The notes under the pieces: generated by a model
The model's input: the letters and a program-made list of their open reading frames with translations, nothing else
The model's database searches: none
What the model was told of the DNA's origin: nothing
In this document: positions 1 through 9,653 of the stretch, piece after piece
Position numbering within the stretch: the first letter of the stretch is position 1
How the letters are laid out: every line of letters starts with the position of its first letter
Assembly (NCBI GenBank): GCA_963666215.2
Contig: CAXWPL010000002.1
Span: 703,326 to 767,325, forward strand
From: Acidobacteriota bacterium
Lineage (GTDB): Bacteria; Acidobacteriota; UBA890; WLXD01
Direction: 5' to 3'
Length of the DNA stretch: 64,000 nt
Made by a program: the position numbers and the translations under genes

Positions 1-777
1 GCGAACGAACGGCTCTCCGGTGGCTGCTTCGCTTTGCGCGATCTCGTTCTCGTGGTGCGGAAAGATCAGGTCCACTCCGCCGAGGTGGATGTCGAAGGTG
101 TTTCCGAGATATTTCATGCTCATCGCGGAGCATTCGAGGTGCCAGCCCGGTCGACCGGCACCGATGGCAGTATCCCAGGACGGTTCGTCGTCGCGAGCCG
201 CTTTCCAAAGCACGAAGTCGCGTGCCTGCTCCTTGTCGTATTCGTCCTGCTCGATGCGCTCGGTCGCCCGCATTTGATCGGGGTCCAGACGCGCCAGGCT
301 GCCGTAGCGTTCAAACGAATCCACGCGAAAGTAAATCGAGCCGTCGCGCTCGTACGCGTGCCCCTTGTCGAGCAGCTTCTGCACGAGAAGCACCATGTCT
401 TTGATGTGCTGCGTGGCGCGTGGATACTCGTCGGCCGGCGCGATTCGCAGCGCTTCGAGACCGGCAAAGAAGGCTGCGGCGTATTCCTCCGTGTGTTCCT
501 GGAGGGTTCGCCCGGTCTTGCGCGCACCGGCGATTGTCTTGTCGTCAATGTCCGTCAGGTTGAGGACGAGCTTGACGTCGTAGCCGCGCCATTCGAGCGA
601 CCGACGCAGCAGGTCGACCCACACGAAGAAGCGGTAGTTGCCGATATGCGCGTGGTCGTAGAGAGTCGGCCCACACGAGTAGATGCGCAGCTGCCCCGGC
701 GTCAGGGGCTGCAGTTCCTCGAGCTGCCGGGTTGCCGTGTTGTAGAAGCGCGGTGCTGGCTTGTCTGCGCTGCTCAT
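1..777 (-). CDS. cysS: Cysteine--tRNA ligase, 5' part (runs off window start)
   Basis: Manual minus-strand translation: [55 protein letters not shown]...[10 protein letters not shown]; CGPT/HIGN and TDIDDK motifs of CysRS. Confidence 0.95.
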   Translation of the reverse strand, partial: MSSADKPAPRFYNTATRQLEELQPLTPGQLRIYSCGPTLYDHAHIGNYRFFVWVDLLRRSLEWRGYDVKLVLNLTDIDDKTIAGARKTGRTLQEHTEEYAAAFFAGLEALRIAPADEYPRATQHIKDMVLLVQKLLDKGHAYERDGSIYFRVDSFERYGSLARLDPDQMRATERIEQDEYDKEQARDFVLWKAARDDEPSWDTAIGAGRPGWHLECSAMSMKYLGNTFDIHLGGVDLIFPHHENEIAQSEAATGEPFVR

Positions 778-868
778 CGCATGCGCTCCTTGTGGCGCTC
801 GGGTGCCTGATGTCTGACTCGTGTGTGTGTGGTGTCTGCCTGGTCTCCGAACGACTGGCGCGGCCGTC

Positions 869-1153
869 TCAGACGGGGCAGACCACCAGATGCGGCGTCG
901 GCCCGGGACCAAGGTGAATCTCGACCGCCTCGGCCGTCATCACCAGGCGGCCGCTCAGGCTCTCCACGGCTCGGTTCTTGCTCCGCAGGGCCTGCAGTGC
1001 GGCGCGCAGGTCGCTATCGAGCTTGTCGGCATCGCGTGCCTCCTCGCCCGCCGCCTCGAGGAAGTCCTCCACCATCCCGGCAATCAACATCAACGTGCAC
1101 GGCGCCGCCGGCACCTCGAACGTTACCTCTTCGCCGATCAGTGCTGCCTTCAT
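869..1153 (-). CDS. Small hypothetical protein, weakly resembling the N-terminal part of anti-sigma/HATPase_c-like proteins
   Basis: 94-aa ORF co-oriented between ribF and cysS; '[27 protein letters not shown]' pattern; no ATP-binding N/G boxes seen. Confidence 0.5.
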   Translation of the reverse strand: MKAALIGEEVTFEVPAAPCTLMLIAGMVEDFLEAAGEEARDADKLDSDLRAALQALRSKNRAVESLSGRLVMTAEAVEIHLGPGPTPHLVVCPV

Positions 1154-1282
1154 GGGCCGGTATGGCGGCCCGCAATTCGGCCGCTGTCAGAGGTCAGAAG
1201 TGATCAGAAGTGCGCGGAGTATAGCTCACGCTGCGCGTGTGCCCTGCGACATATTGACGGAGGCACCTACGCCCGCGTTGCC

Positions 1283-2416
1283 TCAACGCTCACTGCACCG
1301 TCGCATAGCGAACATCTCGGTCGCGGCGCGAATATCGACGCCGATCTGCTCGGTGAGCTCGGCGGCGCTGGCGAACCGCCGTTCGCCGCGGAGGCGGGCG
1401 AGCAGCTCGAGCTCCACGCGCTCGCCGTAGAGGTCCAGCCCATCGGTTCGTCCGAACCATCCCGCTGGTCTTGACTGCACCGAGCCGTAGCGGGCTTCCG
1501 ACGGATCATACGCGCTATCAGTCGGCTCACGCTCAGCGGTGCAACCGTTGACGGCATCGCGCGGGTGCTGCGAGGAGCCACCACCGGAGCTGTCGACCGG
1601 CACGAGAACGTGAGCCTCGATGACCCTCTCGAGCGTGTCGCCGAACGTCGGGCGAACGCCGATGTTGGCTACCCCGTCCCATCGCTGGTCGCCGAGCACG
1701 ACCGCCGCCATGTACACACCATCACGTGGAATGCAGCCGTTCTCGACCAGAAGATTGGCAGTCGGAATGCCGAGCTGGCGGCCACGACCGGCGCCGCGCA
1801 CAACCGTCCCTTGAAGCGCGTACGGGCGCCCGATGAGCTTGGCAGCTTCGTCCACCTCTCCGGCCTCGAGCAAGCCGCGTATTCGCGTTGAGGAGACCGT
1901 CTGACCGTCTACGTCGAGTGAAGCGACAACCTCCACCGCGAAGCCGCACTCCTCGCCGCGGCGCTGCAGCAACTCAACGTCTCCCGTGCCGCGATGACCG
2001 AAGCGGAAGCCGCCGCTGACGTGCAGCGACGCGACGCGCAGCTCGGCGACCAGAAACTCGTCCACGAAGGCGGCGGCGCTCGTGCCGGCGACCTCCTCGT
2101 CGAAGGGAATCACCACCGTCAAAGCCACCTCTAGAGCCGCGATGGCAGCGAGCCTCTGCTCGAGCGTCTGCAGAGACGGCGGCGTTCGGCTCGGGTCGAC
2201 CACCGCGCGCGTGTGCGGATCGAAGGTGCAGGCGATCGACGGTCGATCCCGAGCACACGCCGCCTCGACCGCCCCACGGATCACCCGCTGATGGCCTCGG
2301 TGGACGCCGTCGAAATTCCCAATCGTGACCGCAGAGCCATTCTTCAGATCAGCCAGATCAGTAAGCTTCAACCCACGAAAGCCGCGGTGGCGTTGAGGTG
2401 GTTTCGAAGCGGTCAT
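1283..2416 (-). CDS. ribF: Bifunctional riboflavin kinase/FAD synthetase with ~50-aa insertion
   Basis: TIGNFDGVHRGHQ, VSSTRIR, GRGRQLGIPTAN, NIGVRPTF, EAHVL, LRGERRF motifs. Confidence 0.95.
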   Translation of the reverse strand: MTASKPPQRHRGFRGLKLTDLADLKNGSAVTIGNFDGVHRGHQRVIRGAVEAACARDRPSIACTFDPHTRAVVDPSRTPPSLQTLEQRLAAIAALEVALTVVIPFDEEVAGTSAAAFVDEFLVAELRVASLHVSGGFRFGHRGTGDVELLQRRGEECGFAVEVVASLDVDGQTVSSTRIRGLLEAGEVDEAAKLIGRPYALQGTVVRGAGRGRQLGIPTANLLVENGCIPRDGVYMAAVVLGDQRWDGVANIGVRPTFGDTLERVIEAHVLVPVDSSGGGSSQHPRDAVNGCTAEREPTDSAYDPSEARYGSVQSRPAGWFGRTDGLDLYGERVELELLARLRGERRFASAAELTEQIGVDIRAATEMFAMRRCSER

Positions 2417-3309
2417 GAAGTCGGCACCCGAGGCAGGTCGAGATCAAGCACAAGGCCGTCGTAAGCCACGTCGACGCCCTTCGGCAGCTCCCGTTGCAGC
2501 GCCGCGTGATCGAAAACGTGGGTCAGATGCGTGAGATACGCGTATCGGGGCCGCAAGCGCTCGATCTCCCGAAGCGCCTCGTCGAGCGAGAAGTGTGAAG
2601 GGTGAGGCTCGCGTCGGAGCGCGTCGATGACCAGTACATCGAGGTCTGTCAGCCCGGCCGCGGCTGCCTCTGGAATTTCACTGCAGTCGGTAACGTAGCC
2701 GAAGTCGCCCACCCGAAAGCCGAACACGTCGAAGCGCCCGTGGCGAACCGGCAGCGCATGCACCCTAGCGCCGAAAAGCTCAACGCTATCGCCGATCTCA
2801 TGCAACGTAAGCTGCGGCACCGCCCGCGCATCGGGCTCGAAGGCGTACTCGAAGATGCGGCGAATCACCTTCAGCGACTCTGCCGAGCCGTAGAGAGGAA
2901 TGCTCCGCTTGTGAACGAAGTTGTAAATGCGCAGCTCGTCCAGCCCGAGAACGTGATCGGCGTGGGTGTGCGTGTACACCACCGCATCCACGTGATCGAT
3001 TCGAGCGCGCAGCGCCTGCTGACGGAAATCGGTGGAGGTGTCCACGAGCACGCTTGCCGTGGTGCGTCCGTGGCGACCCCGCCCACTCTGTCCGTCGACG
3101 TCGCCAGCGCCAGGATCCACGGTTGACTCGGCGCCCTCCTGCCGCCGTGCCGGGAGCGCCCACTCCAGAAGCAGGCTGGCGCGAAGGCGCTTGTTGCGCT
3201 CGTCGCTGGAGCCGCAAACGGTGCAGTTGCACGTGATCACAGGAATTCCCACCGACGTGCCCGTGCCGAGGAAGGTCACCCGTAGTCCCTTCGGTGTGGG
3301 GTCCGGCAC
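2413..3309 (-). CDS. MBL-fold metallo-hydrolase (PhnP-like)
   Basis: FLGTGTSVGIPVITCNCTVC, THTHADHVLGLD, YVTDCS, HFSLDEA, THLTH, AYDGL. Confidence 0.9.
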   Translation of the reverse strand: MPDPTPKGLRVTFLGTGTSVGIPVITCNCTVCGSSDERNKRLRASLLLEWALPARRQEGAESTVDPGAGDVDGQSGRGRHGRTTASVLVDTSTDFRQQALRARIDHVDAVVYTHTHADHVLGLDELRIYNFVHKRSIPLYGSAESLKVIRRIFEYAFEPDARAVPQLTLHEIGDSVELFGARVHALPVRHGRFDVFGFRVGDFGYVTDCSEIPEAAAAGLTDLDVLVIDALRREPHPSHFSLDEALREIERLRPRYAYLTHLTHVFDHAALQRELPKGVDVAYDGLVLDLDLPRVPTS

Positions 3310-3414
3310 GGCTCTCGTCCTCGGTTGCTCGCCTTGTCAGGAGAATCTCGAGCATGCTCAGCGTCCTGAGCAGTGTCGCCAACAGGCTGACCACCGCCTG
3401 CTAGGCTGCCCGTC

Positions 3415-3720
3415 ATGGTGCACCAGCTCAAGCTTCTCTTTTACACGCGACCCGGATGTCATCTCTGCGACGTCGCGCTCGAGGCATTGAGGCCGCTGCA
3501 GCGGCGCTACCCAGTGGACGTCGAGATTCGCAACGTCGAGGACCGCGTCGAGTGGGAGGAGCTCTATGGCGAGCAGATACCGGTTGGCCTGCTCGAAGAC
3601 CTGCCCGACGGGCTCTCTGACGGCCGCCAGATCTTCAAAAAGATCTTCAAGTTTCGCGTCGATGCAGCCGCGCTCGAGACGGCAATCTCGGGTCGCCTGG
3701 CCGACGCCGCCGGACCGTAG
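3415..3720 (+). CDS. Glutaredoxin-like protein (DUF836 type)
   Basis: YTRPGCHLCD CxxC motif, YGEQIPV cis-Pro segment. Confidence 0.85.
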   Translation: MVHQLKLLFYTRPGCHLCDVALEALRPLQRRYPVDVEIRNVEDRVEWEELYGEQIPVGLLEDLPDGLSDGRQIFKKIFKFRVDAAALETAISGRLADAAGP

Positions 3721-3845
3721 ATCCGGAGATCCGGCGACACAGCGTGCTACCATCGCGCATCGATGGAAGGGGCCACGAGGCTGCGAAACGCGCGCCGCGC
3801 GTAGCGTTGAAGAACCGACCCCGGTAATCGATCGGAGACTTCGAC

Positions 3846-4295
3846 GTGGGTATTCAGCGGCACCAGGTGGTGATTGCGGCGCTCCTGATCGTCGGCGGCC
3901 TCGGCTATCTGTTCTTCACGGGGATGCAGGGGAACATGGTCTTCTACTACACGGTTGGCGAGGTTCTGGAGCAGCGCGACACGCTCGCTGGTCGGCCGCT
4001 ACGTATCGCGGGCAAGGTGGTGCCCGGGACCATCGAGAAATCGCCGAGCAACTACCTCGACGTGAGATTCGTGATTCACGAGGGCGACGAGCGCGTTCCC
4101 GTGGAGTTCCACGGCACGGTTCCCGACACGTTGGTCGACGATTCCGACGCTGTGGTGCAGGGGCGGCTCGGCGACGACGGCATCTTCCGCGCCACCGAGG
4201 TGCAGGCCAAGTGCCCTTCCAAGTACGAGACCGAGACGGATTACGCGAAGTACCGCGAGGCAGGCGTTGCCATACCGATCGACGATCTCCGGTAG
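3846..4295 (+). CDS. ccmE: Heme chaperone CcmE, CxxxY variant
   Basis: N-terminal TM, FYYTVGE, LRIAGKVVPGTI, GTVPDT, AKCPSKY. Confidence 0.92.
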   Translation: MGIQRHQVVIAALLIVGGLGYLFFTGMQGNMVFYYTVGEVLEQRDTLAGRPLRIAGKVVPGTIEKSPSNYLDVRFVIHEGDERVPVEFHGTVPDTLVDDSDAVVQGRLGDDGIFRATEVQAKCPSKYETETDYAKYREAGVAIPIDDLR

Positions 4296-4343
4296 GAAGC
4301 GGCACGGCAGAGAATCCGGCGGCGGCCAGGGGGAGCACGGCGA

Positions 4344-6305
4344 GTGATCGTTATCGGCCATCTGGCACTGATCGCCGCGCTGGGCACAGCCGGGTATACC
4401 AGCGCCGCCGCCGTCATCGGCGTGCGTCGTCGTCAGCCCGGACTGGTACAGAGCGCTCGTAACGGCGTCTACGCAACCTCGGCGCTGGTGACCATCGCCA
4501 CGGGCGCGCTCCTCTATCTGCTAGCGACTGATCGTTTTGAAGTCCAGTACGTCGCCGACTTTTCGCGACTCGAGCAACCCTTCGTCTACAAGCTCAGCGC
4601 GCTCTGGGGAGGAATGGCGGGATCGTTGCTGCTGTGGACCTTCATCCTCTGCGCATACAGCACCGTCGCGGTTTGGGTGAATCGAGACAAGCACCGCGCT
4701 CTCATGCCGTACGTGTACGCGGTCTGCATGGTTACGGTCGGGTTCTTCGTCGCCATCCAGCTGTTCGCCGCCGCCCCGTTTCAGACCCTTCCGTTCACTC
4801 CACTCGATGGCAAGGGTTTGAACCCCTTGCTGCAAAACCCGGCCATGGCCATCCATCCGCCCACTCTGTACCTGGGCTATGTCGGCTTCACGATTCCGTT
4901 CGCCTTCGCGATCGCCGCTCTGGCGTCGGGGCGCCTCGACACGTCCTGGCTTCATGCGATTCGACGCTGGACGATCGTCGCCTGGTTCTTCCTGTCGATC
5001 GGCATCACCTTGGGAGCACAGTGGGCCTATGTGGAGCTCGGATGGGGAGGTTACTGGGGCTGGGACCCTGTGGAGAACGCCTCGTTGATGCCGTGGCTGA
5101 TCTCGACCGCCTATCTGCACTCCGTGATGATCGAGGAAAAGAAGCAGATGCTGCGCGTGTGGAACGTGCTGCTCATCATCGCCACGTACGCGCTTTGCAT
5201 CTTCGGAACTTTCCTCACCCGATCGGGCATCGTTTCCTCGGTGCACGCGTTCACGGTCTCGAACCTCGGGCCGATGTTCGCTGCCTTCCTGGCGATGCTG
5301 CTGGCGGTGAGCATTAGCTTGGTGGTGTATCGCCTTCCGCAGCTACGCAGCGCCAACCACCTCGAGTCGGTGCTGTCGCGTGAGTCGTCATTCCTGTTCA
5401 ACAACCTCGTCCTGGTCGTCGCCTGCTTCGCGATTCTCTGGGGAACGATGTTTCCGGTGCTCACCGAGGCCGTTCGCGGCGTCAAGATCGCCGTCGGGCC
5501 ACCGTTCTTCAATCGGGTCAACGTGCCGATCTTCTTGATGTTGATCGCACTCACCGGCATCGGCCCGCTGATCGCTTGGCGCCGGGCTTCGTTGCCGAGC
5601 CTCAGGCGCGCCTTTGTGTGGCCCACGGCAACCGGGGTCGTGGCCGGCGTCGCCACGGCGCTGATGACAACGAGCGGCCCGTCCACAATCGTGGCGATCG
5701 CGCTGTCGGCCTTCGTCGTTGGCACGGTGTTGCAGGAGTTCTGGCGCGGCGGCAGGGTGCGCGCCGTTGCTTCCGGCGAAGGGCTCGGCGCCGCAATCCT
5801 GCACATGACCCTGCGCAACAAGCGTCGCTACGGCGGCTACGTCATCCACATCGGAGTGGTGATCATGGCCGTCGGAATTACCGGGTCCAGCGCCTTCCAG
5901 AGCGAGACGGAAGCCACCCTGCAACCTGGGCAGGCCTTCGACATCGGTGGTTACCGGCTGCAGTACACGGACCTCGAGTTCTTCCCCGTGGCCGGCGTTC
6001 AGGTGGCATCGGCTTCGTTGGTGGCGTTCGACGGAGACCGAGCGACCTTCCGCGCCGTGCCTCAGAAGCACTTCCATCCCGCGCAAGAGAATCCCACGAC
6101 CGAGGTCGCCATCTGGAGCACGCTGAAGCACGATGTCTACGTGGTCCTGGTGGGCTGGAACGACAACAAGACGGCAACCTTCAAGGCCTACATCAACCCG
6201 CTGGTGAAATGGATCTGGATTGGCGGCGGCGTGTTGGCCCTTGGCACCATGATCTGCGTGTTTCCCGACCGTCGCCATAGCGAATCCGGCGTCCCGAACT
6301 ACTGA
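4344..6305 (+). CDS. ccmF: Heme lyase CcmF
   Basis: LWGGMAGSLLLW, GLNPLLQ, IHPP, WAYVELGWGGYWGWDPVENASLMPW, SVHAF. Confidence 0.97.
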   Translation: MIVIGHLALIAALGTAGYTSAAAVIGVRRRQPGLVQSARNGVYATSALVTIATGALLYLLATDRFEVQYVADFSRLEQPFVYKLSALWGGMAGSLLLWTFILCAYSTVAVWVNRDKHRALMPYVYAVCMVTVGFFVAIQLFAAAPFQTLPFTPLDGKGLNPLLQNPAMAIHPPTLYLGYVGFTIPFAFAIAALASGRLDTSWLHAIRRWTIVAWFFLSIGITLGAQWAYVELGWGGYWGWDPVENASLMPWLISTAYLHSVMIEEKKQMLRVWNVLLIIATYALCIFGTFLTRSGIVSSVHAFTVSNLGPMFAAFLAMLLAVSISLVVYRLPQLRSANHLESVLSRESSFLFNNLVLVVACFAILWGTMFPVLTEAVRGVKIAVGPPFFNRVNVPIFLMLIALTGIGPLIAWRRASLPSLRRAFVWPTATGVVAGVATALMTTSGPSTIVAIALSAFVVGTVLQEFWRGGRVRAVASGEGLGAAILHMTLRNKRRYGGYVIHIGVVIMAVGITGSSAFQSETEATLQPGQAFDIGGYRLQYTDLEFFPVAGVQVASASLVAFDGDRATFRAVPQKHFHPAQENPTTEVAIWSTLKHDVYVVLVGWNDNKTATFKAYINPLVKWIWIGGGVLALGTMICVFPDRRHSESGVPNY

Positions 6306-6396
6306 GCCCGACGTTTCCACCGCGGCGCTCTTGCCACCCCGGCCGACCGCCCAAACCGTCCATTGACAGCCGACCGAGCCGAAGCCTGTAGCCGCC

Positions 6397-6921
6397 ATGG
6401 AGATCGTTGTCGGAGCCCTGCTGATCTCCACTGTTGTCGCGGCAATCCTGTATCCGCTCTGGCGGCCGGCTCTGGAGCCAGTGGACGGCCCCGTCGGCCC
6501 GGCCGCCGAGCTCGCAGAGCTCGAGAGCCGCAAGGCCGCGATCTACGGCTCGATTCGCGACTTGGGATTCGATTTCCGCACCGACAAGATCAGCGCCGAC
6601 GATCACCGCCAGGAAAGTGCGACGCTCAAGCGCGAGGCGGTGACGGTTCTGGCGGCAATCGAACAGCTCCGCAGCCACCCACCGCGTGGGCCGGCCGAGC
6701 TCGAGCGCATCATCGCCGGCCTCGCCGCGAGCACCCAGGAGGATGCCCCATCGACCGAATCCCATGAGCTCGCCGAGGCAGGCGCGAGCGCCCACCCCGA
6801 GACCCCCGGCGCCCAACTCGATGGCGGGCCGACGCGGACCCTCTGCACCCGATGCGGCCACCGCGCACAGCCTGCCGATCGGTTCTGCGCCGGCTGTGGC
6901 ACCGCGCTCTCGGGATCGTGA
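6397..6921 (+). CDS. Membrane-anchored zinc-ribbon protein with CcmI-N-like helical motif
   Basis: TM helix; KAAIYGSIRDLGFDFRTDKISADDH; C-terminal CTRC-x10-CAGC. Confidence 0.75.
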   Translation: MEIVVGALLISTVVAAILYPLWRPALEPVDGPVGPAAELAELESRKAAIYGSIRDLGFDFRTDKISADDHRQESATLKREAVTVLAAIEQLRSHPPRGPAELERIIAGLAASTQEDAPSTESHELAEAGASAHPETPGAQLDGGPTRTLCTRCGHRAQPADRFCAGCGTALSGS

Positions 6922-6928
6922 AAGCGTC

Positions 6929-8224
6929 GTGAAGACTGCCGCCCCTACGCACGATCGCCGGGCCGAGCCAGGGTTCACCGGGGCCGGCGGAGCTAGCCGG
7001 AGAGGCGAAGATTGCCGTGCCTGGCCACACTCCCGTCGCGCGACGGGCCTGCTGTTGACGGCTCTCGCCGTTGTGGCCTCAGGCGCGAGCGCGGCGCAGG
7101 TTGCGTCCGAACCCGCAGCGGGCCCCGTCACAACAGTCCGAGCGGTCGTGATTGGCCCCGACGGCAACCCGGCCAGCGGTATCCCGGCGGCCCTCGAGAT
7201 CCACGCCGGGCGCCAGTTCGTGCACCAGAGGGAAGCGGTGACCAACACCGAGGGATCTGTCGAGTGGAGCGACGTGCCGGCGACCGCCGGCAACCGCGCT
7301 CGCGTCGGAGCCGACCTCGGCGACATCCGCTACCACAGCGAGTCGGTGGCGTTGATGGACGACGTGCCGGCGAGCCTTACTGTCCGCTTGCTGCGACCCG
7401 TCTCCGAGGGCCGACCGTTGCACATCGATAGCCTGCTGATCGTGGTTCACGTCGAAGAGCCCGGCCTCTACCGGGTGCTGCAATACGCCAACATCAGCAA
7501 CGCCGGAGCGGCCGCATTCGCCGGAGGACCCGTGCTCCAGAACGGTGAACGCGCCGGCCTCGAGCTCCCGGTGCCGATGGCGGCAACCGGCGTAGAGCCG
7601 GCGCCGTTCCCGAATCCTCGCGAGGCGCTCAGAGCTGATACTGCGGTCATCCTTTCCGGCCGGGTTCTCGATCCGCGACCCGTGCCGCCAAGTGGTCGCC
7701 AGGTGGCGATCTCGTACAATCTGGTGACCAACGGCGACGGCGTGCTGGTGGAGCTCGAGCTCCCCTACCCGGCGGCCAACGTCAACCTGCTGGTTGGAGG
7801 TAGCGGCTCCGGCTTGGTCGAGGTCAGCGACCTGAACCTCGAGCCGCAGCCGCCGCAGGCAATCGGCGAGGCGGGCGATCAAGACCTCTACGCCACCTGG
7901 GGTCGCCCTTCGTGGCAGCCGGGCGAGACGATTCGCTTTCGCGTGGGCCCGCGGCACTCGCGCCTGGCAGCGTCGTCCTGGGGACTGCTCGGACTCGGAC
8001 TCGGGCTGATCTTCGCCGCGGTCGGATCGTGGACCGACCGCGGCTTCCAGCGAGTGCCGCAGGAACGACGCCAGGAGGTTCTTGCAGCCGTCGCCGCGCT
8101 CGATGTATCGCACAGCCGCGGCGACATCGGCGACGCCGACTACTTCCATCGCCGCGGCATCGAGCTCGGCAGGCTGCTGCTACTCGAACAAGATGACCCG
8201 CGCGCGCCGCAGGCATCGGAATAG
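6929..8224 (+). CDS. Exported beta-rich protein with C-terminal TM and CcmI-N-like helical tail (start uncertain)
   Basis: Signal-like LLLTALAVVASGASAAQ; Ig/CarboxypepD_reg-like start (VRAVVIGPDGNPASG..TNTEG); TM WGLLGLGLGLIFAAVG; tail RRQEVLAAVAALDVSHSRGDIGDADY. Confidence 0.7.
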   Translation: MKTAAPTHDRRAEPGFTGAGGASRRGEDCRAWPHSRRATGLLLTALAVVASGASAAQVASEPAAGPVTTVRAVVIGPDGNPASGIPAALEIHAGRQFVHQREAVTNTEGSVEWSDVPATAGNRARVGADLGDIRYHSESVALMDDVPASLTVRLLRPVSEGRPLHIDSLLIVVHVEEPGLYRVLQYANISNAGAAAFAGGPVLQNGERAGLELPVPMAATGVEPAPFPNPREALRADTAVILSGRVLDPRPVPPSGRQVAISYNLVTNGDGVLVELELPYPAANVNLLVGGSGSGLVEVSDLNLEPQPPQAIGEAGDQDLYATWGRPSWQPGETIRFRVGPRHSRLAASSWGLLGLGLGLIFAAVGSWTDRGFQRVPQERRQEVLAAVAALDVSHSRGDIGDADYFHRRGIELGRLLLLEQDDPRAPQASE

Positions 8225-8228
8225 AGCG

Positions 8229-8951
8229 GTGCAGGAAGGGGCAGCCCAACCGCGAGCCGCCGTCGACGTTCGAGGCCTCGTCAAGCGCTTTGGCTTGACC
8301 GTGGCGCTCGACGGTATCGATCTGCGGATCGACGCCGGGGAGTCGATGGCGCTTTTTGGTCCCAACGGCGCCGGCAAGACGACGCTCGTGCGCTGCCTCG
8401 CTTCGTTGTCGCGTCCGTCGGCGGGTGAGATCCAGGTGTTCGGCCTTCCCCTCGACGACGGCCACGGCGAGGTGCGGCGCCGGACGGGTTTGGTGAGTCA
8501 CGAGACGTTCCTGTACGGCTCGCTGAGTGTTACCGAGAACCTCCTCTTCCAGGCACGGCTGTTCGCGCTGTCGGACCCCGCGGCTCGTGTAGCAGATGTT
8601 GTCGCACGCGTCGGGCTCGAGTCGCGCCGTGACGATCCGGTCCGTACGCTGTCACGGGGTCTACGGCAGCGCTGTGCCCTGGCGCGCGCGCTGCTCCACG
8701 AGCCCGACCTGCTGCTGCTCGACGAGCCGTTCGCCGGACTCGACCCGTCGGCCGCCGATCGGCTGGCCGACGAGCTGGAGCGCCTTCGCGACGACGGACG
8801 CACGCTCCTGCTGACTAGCCACGACCTGAGTCGCGGCGCCCGCCTGAGCGACCGCTTCGCGATTCTGCACAACGGCCTTCTGGTGGCCGACGGCGCGGTT
8901 GAATCGTCCGATCGAGTCTCCGAAATCTATCGCCAACGGACCCGCGCGTAG
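8229..8951 (+). CDS. ccmA: Heme exporter ATP-binding protein CcmA
   Basis: GPNGAGKTT, LSRGLRQR, LLLDEP, TSH; directly upstream of ccmB. Confidence 0.88.
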   Translation: MQEGAAQPRAAVDVRGLVKRFGLTVALDGIDLRIDAGESMALFGPNGAGKTTLVRCLASLSRPSAGEIQVFGLPLDDGHGEVRRRTGLVSHETFLYGSLSVTENLLFQARLFALSDPAARVADVVARVGLESRRDDPVRTLSRGLRQRCALARALLHEPDLLLLDEPFAGLDPSAADRLADELERLRDDGRTLLLTSHDLSRGARLSDRFAILHNGLLVADGAVESSDRVSEIYRQRTRA

Positions 8952-8959
8952 ACCTGCAC

Positions 8960-9652
8960 ATGGCGGAGCACTCATTGCGACAAGCGGCGTGGATCGTGCG
9001 CAAGGACCTGCAGCATGAGCTGCGTAGCCGCGAGGCGTTTCTGTCGACGCTGCTCTTCGCGGTCGTCGTCCTGCTGATCTTCGCGTTCGCATTCGATCCG
9101 GGCCCTGCCGATATCGAGCGCGTGGGCCCGGGCATCCTGTGGAGCGCCTTGTTGTTCGCCGCCGTACTCGCGATCGGCCGCTCGATGCTCACGGAGCGCG
9201 AGGACGGAGCCATCGACGGCCTGCTGCTCGCGCCGATGCAGCGCAGCTCCATCTATGTCGGCAAGGCTTGTGCATTGCTCCTGCTGCTGCTGAGCACTCA
9301 GCTACCGACTCTGCTCCTGTTCGTTGTCTTTTTTGACGTGCCGGTGCTGCCTGCGACCACCCGACTCGTGCCGCTGCTCTCGGTCCTGCTGCTGGCCTCC
9401 ACCGGGCTGGCGGCGATCGGCACCACCGTGTCGGCGATTGCCGTGCGGTCCCGCTCGCGCGAGCTGATGCTGCCGGTGCTGCTGTTCCCACTCGTGTCGC
9501 CGTTGCTGCTGGCGGCAGTCGAGTCGACGTCGGCGGCGCTGGCCGGCGATGGGCTCTCGGCGGTGTCGGGTTGGATAAGATTGATGCTCGCGTTCGACGC
9601 GATCTACCTGGGCATCGGGTACCTGACGTTTCCGGCGCTGCTTGAAGACTAG
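8960..9652 (+). CDS. ccmB: Heme exporter permease CcmB
   Basis: KDLQHELRSRE, PGILW, EREDGAIDGLLLAP, LPVLLFPL; multiple TM helices. Confidence 0.92.
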   Translation: MAEHSLRQAAWIVRKDLQHELRSREAFLSTLLFAVVVLLIFAFAFDPGPADIERVGPGILWSALLFAAVLAIGRSMLTEREDGAIDGLLLAPMQRSSIYVGKACALLLLLLSTQLPTLLLFVVFFDVPVLPATTRLVPLLSVLLLASTGLAAIGTTVSAIAVRSRSRELMLPVLLFPLVSPLLLAAVESTSAALAGDGLSAVSGWIRLMLAFDAIYLGIGYLTFPALLED

Positions 9653-9653
9653 G

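Noticed and set aside
34-810. 258-aa plus-strand ORF
   Set aside because: Antisense shadow of cysS, which has clear motifs on the minus strand
1430-1605. RibF insertion as an intein
   Set aside because: Too short and lacks the Cys/Ser start and His-Asn end motifs
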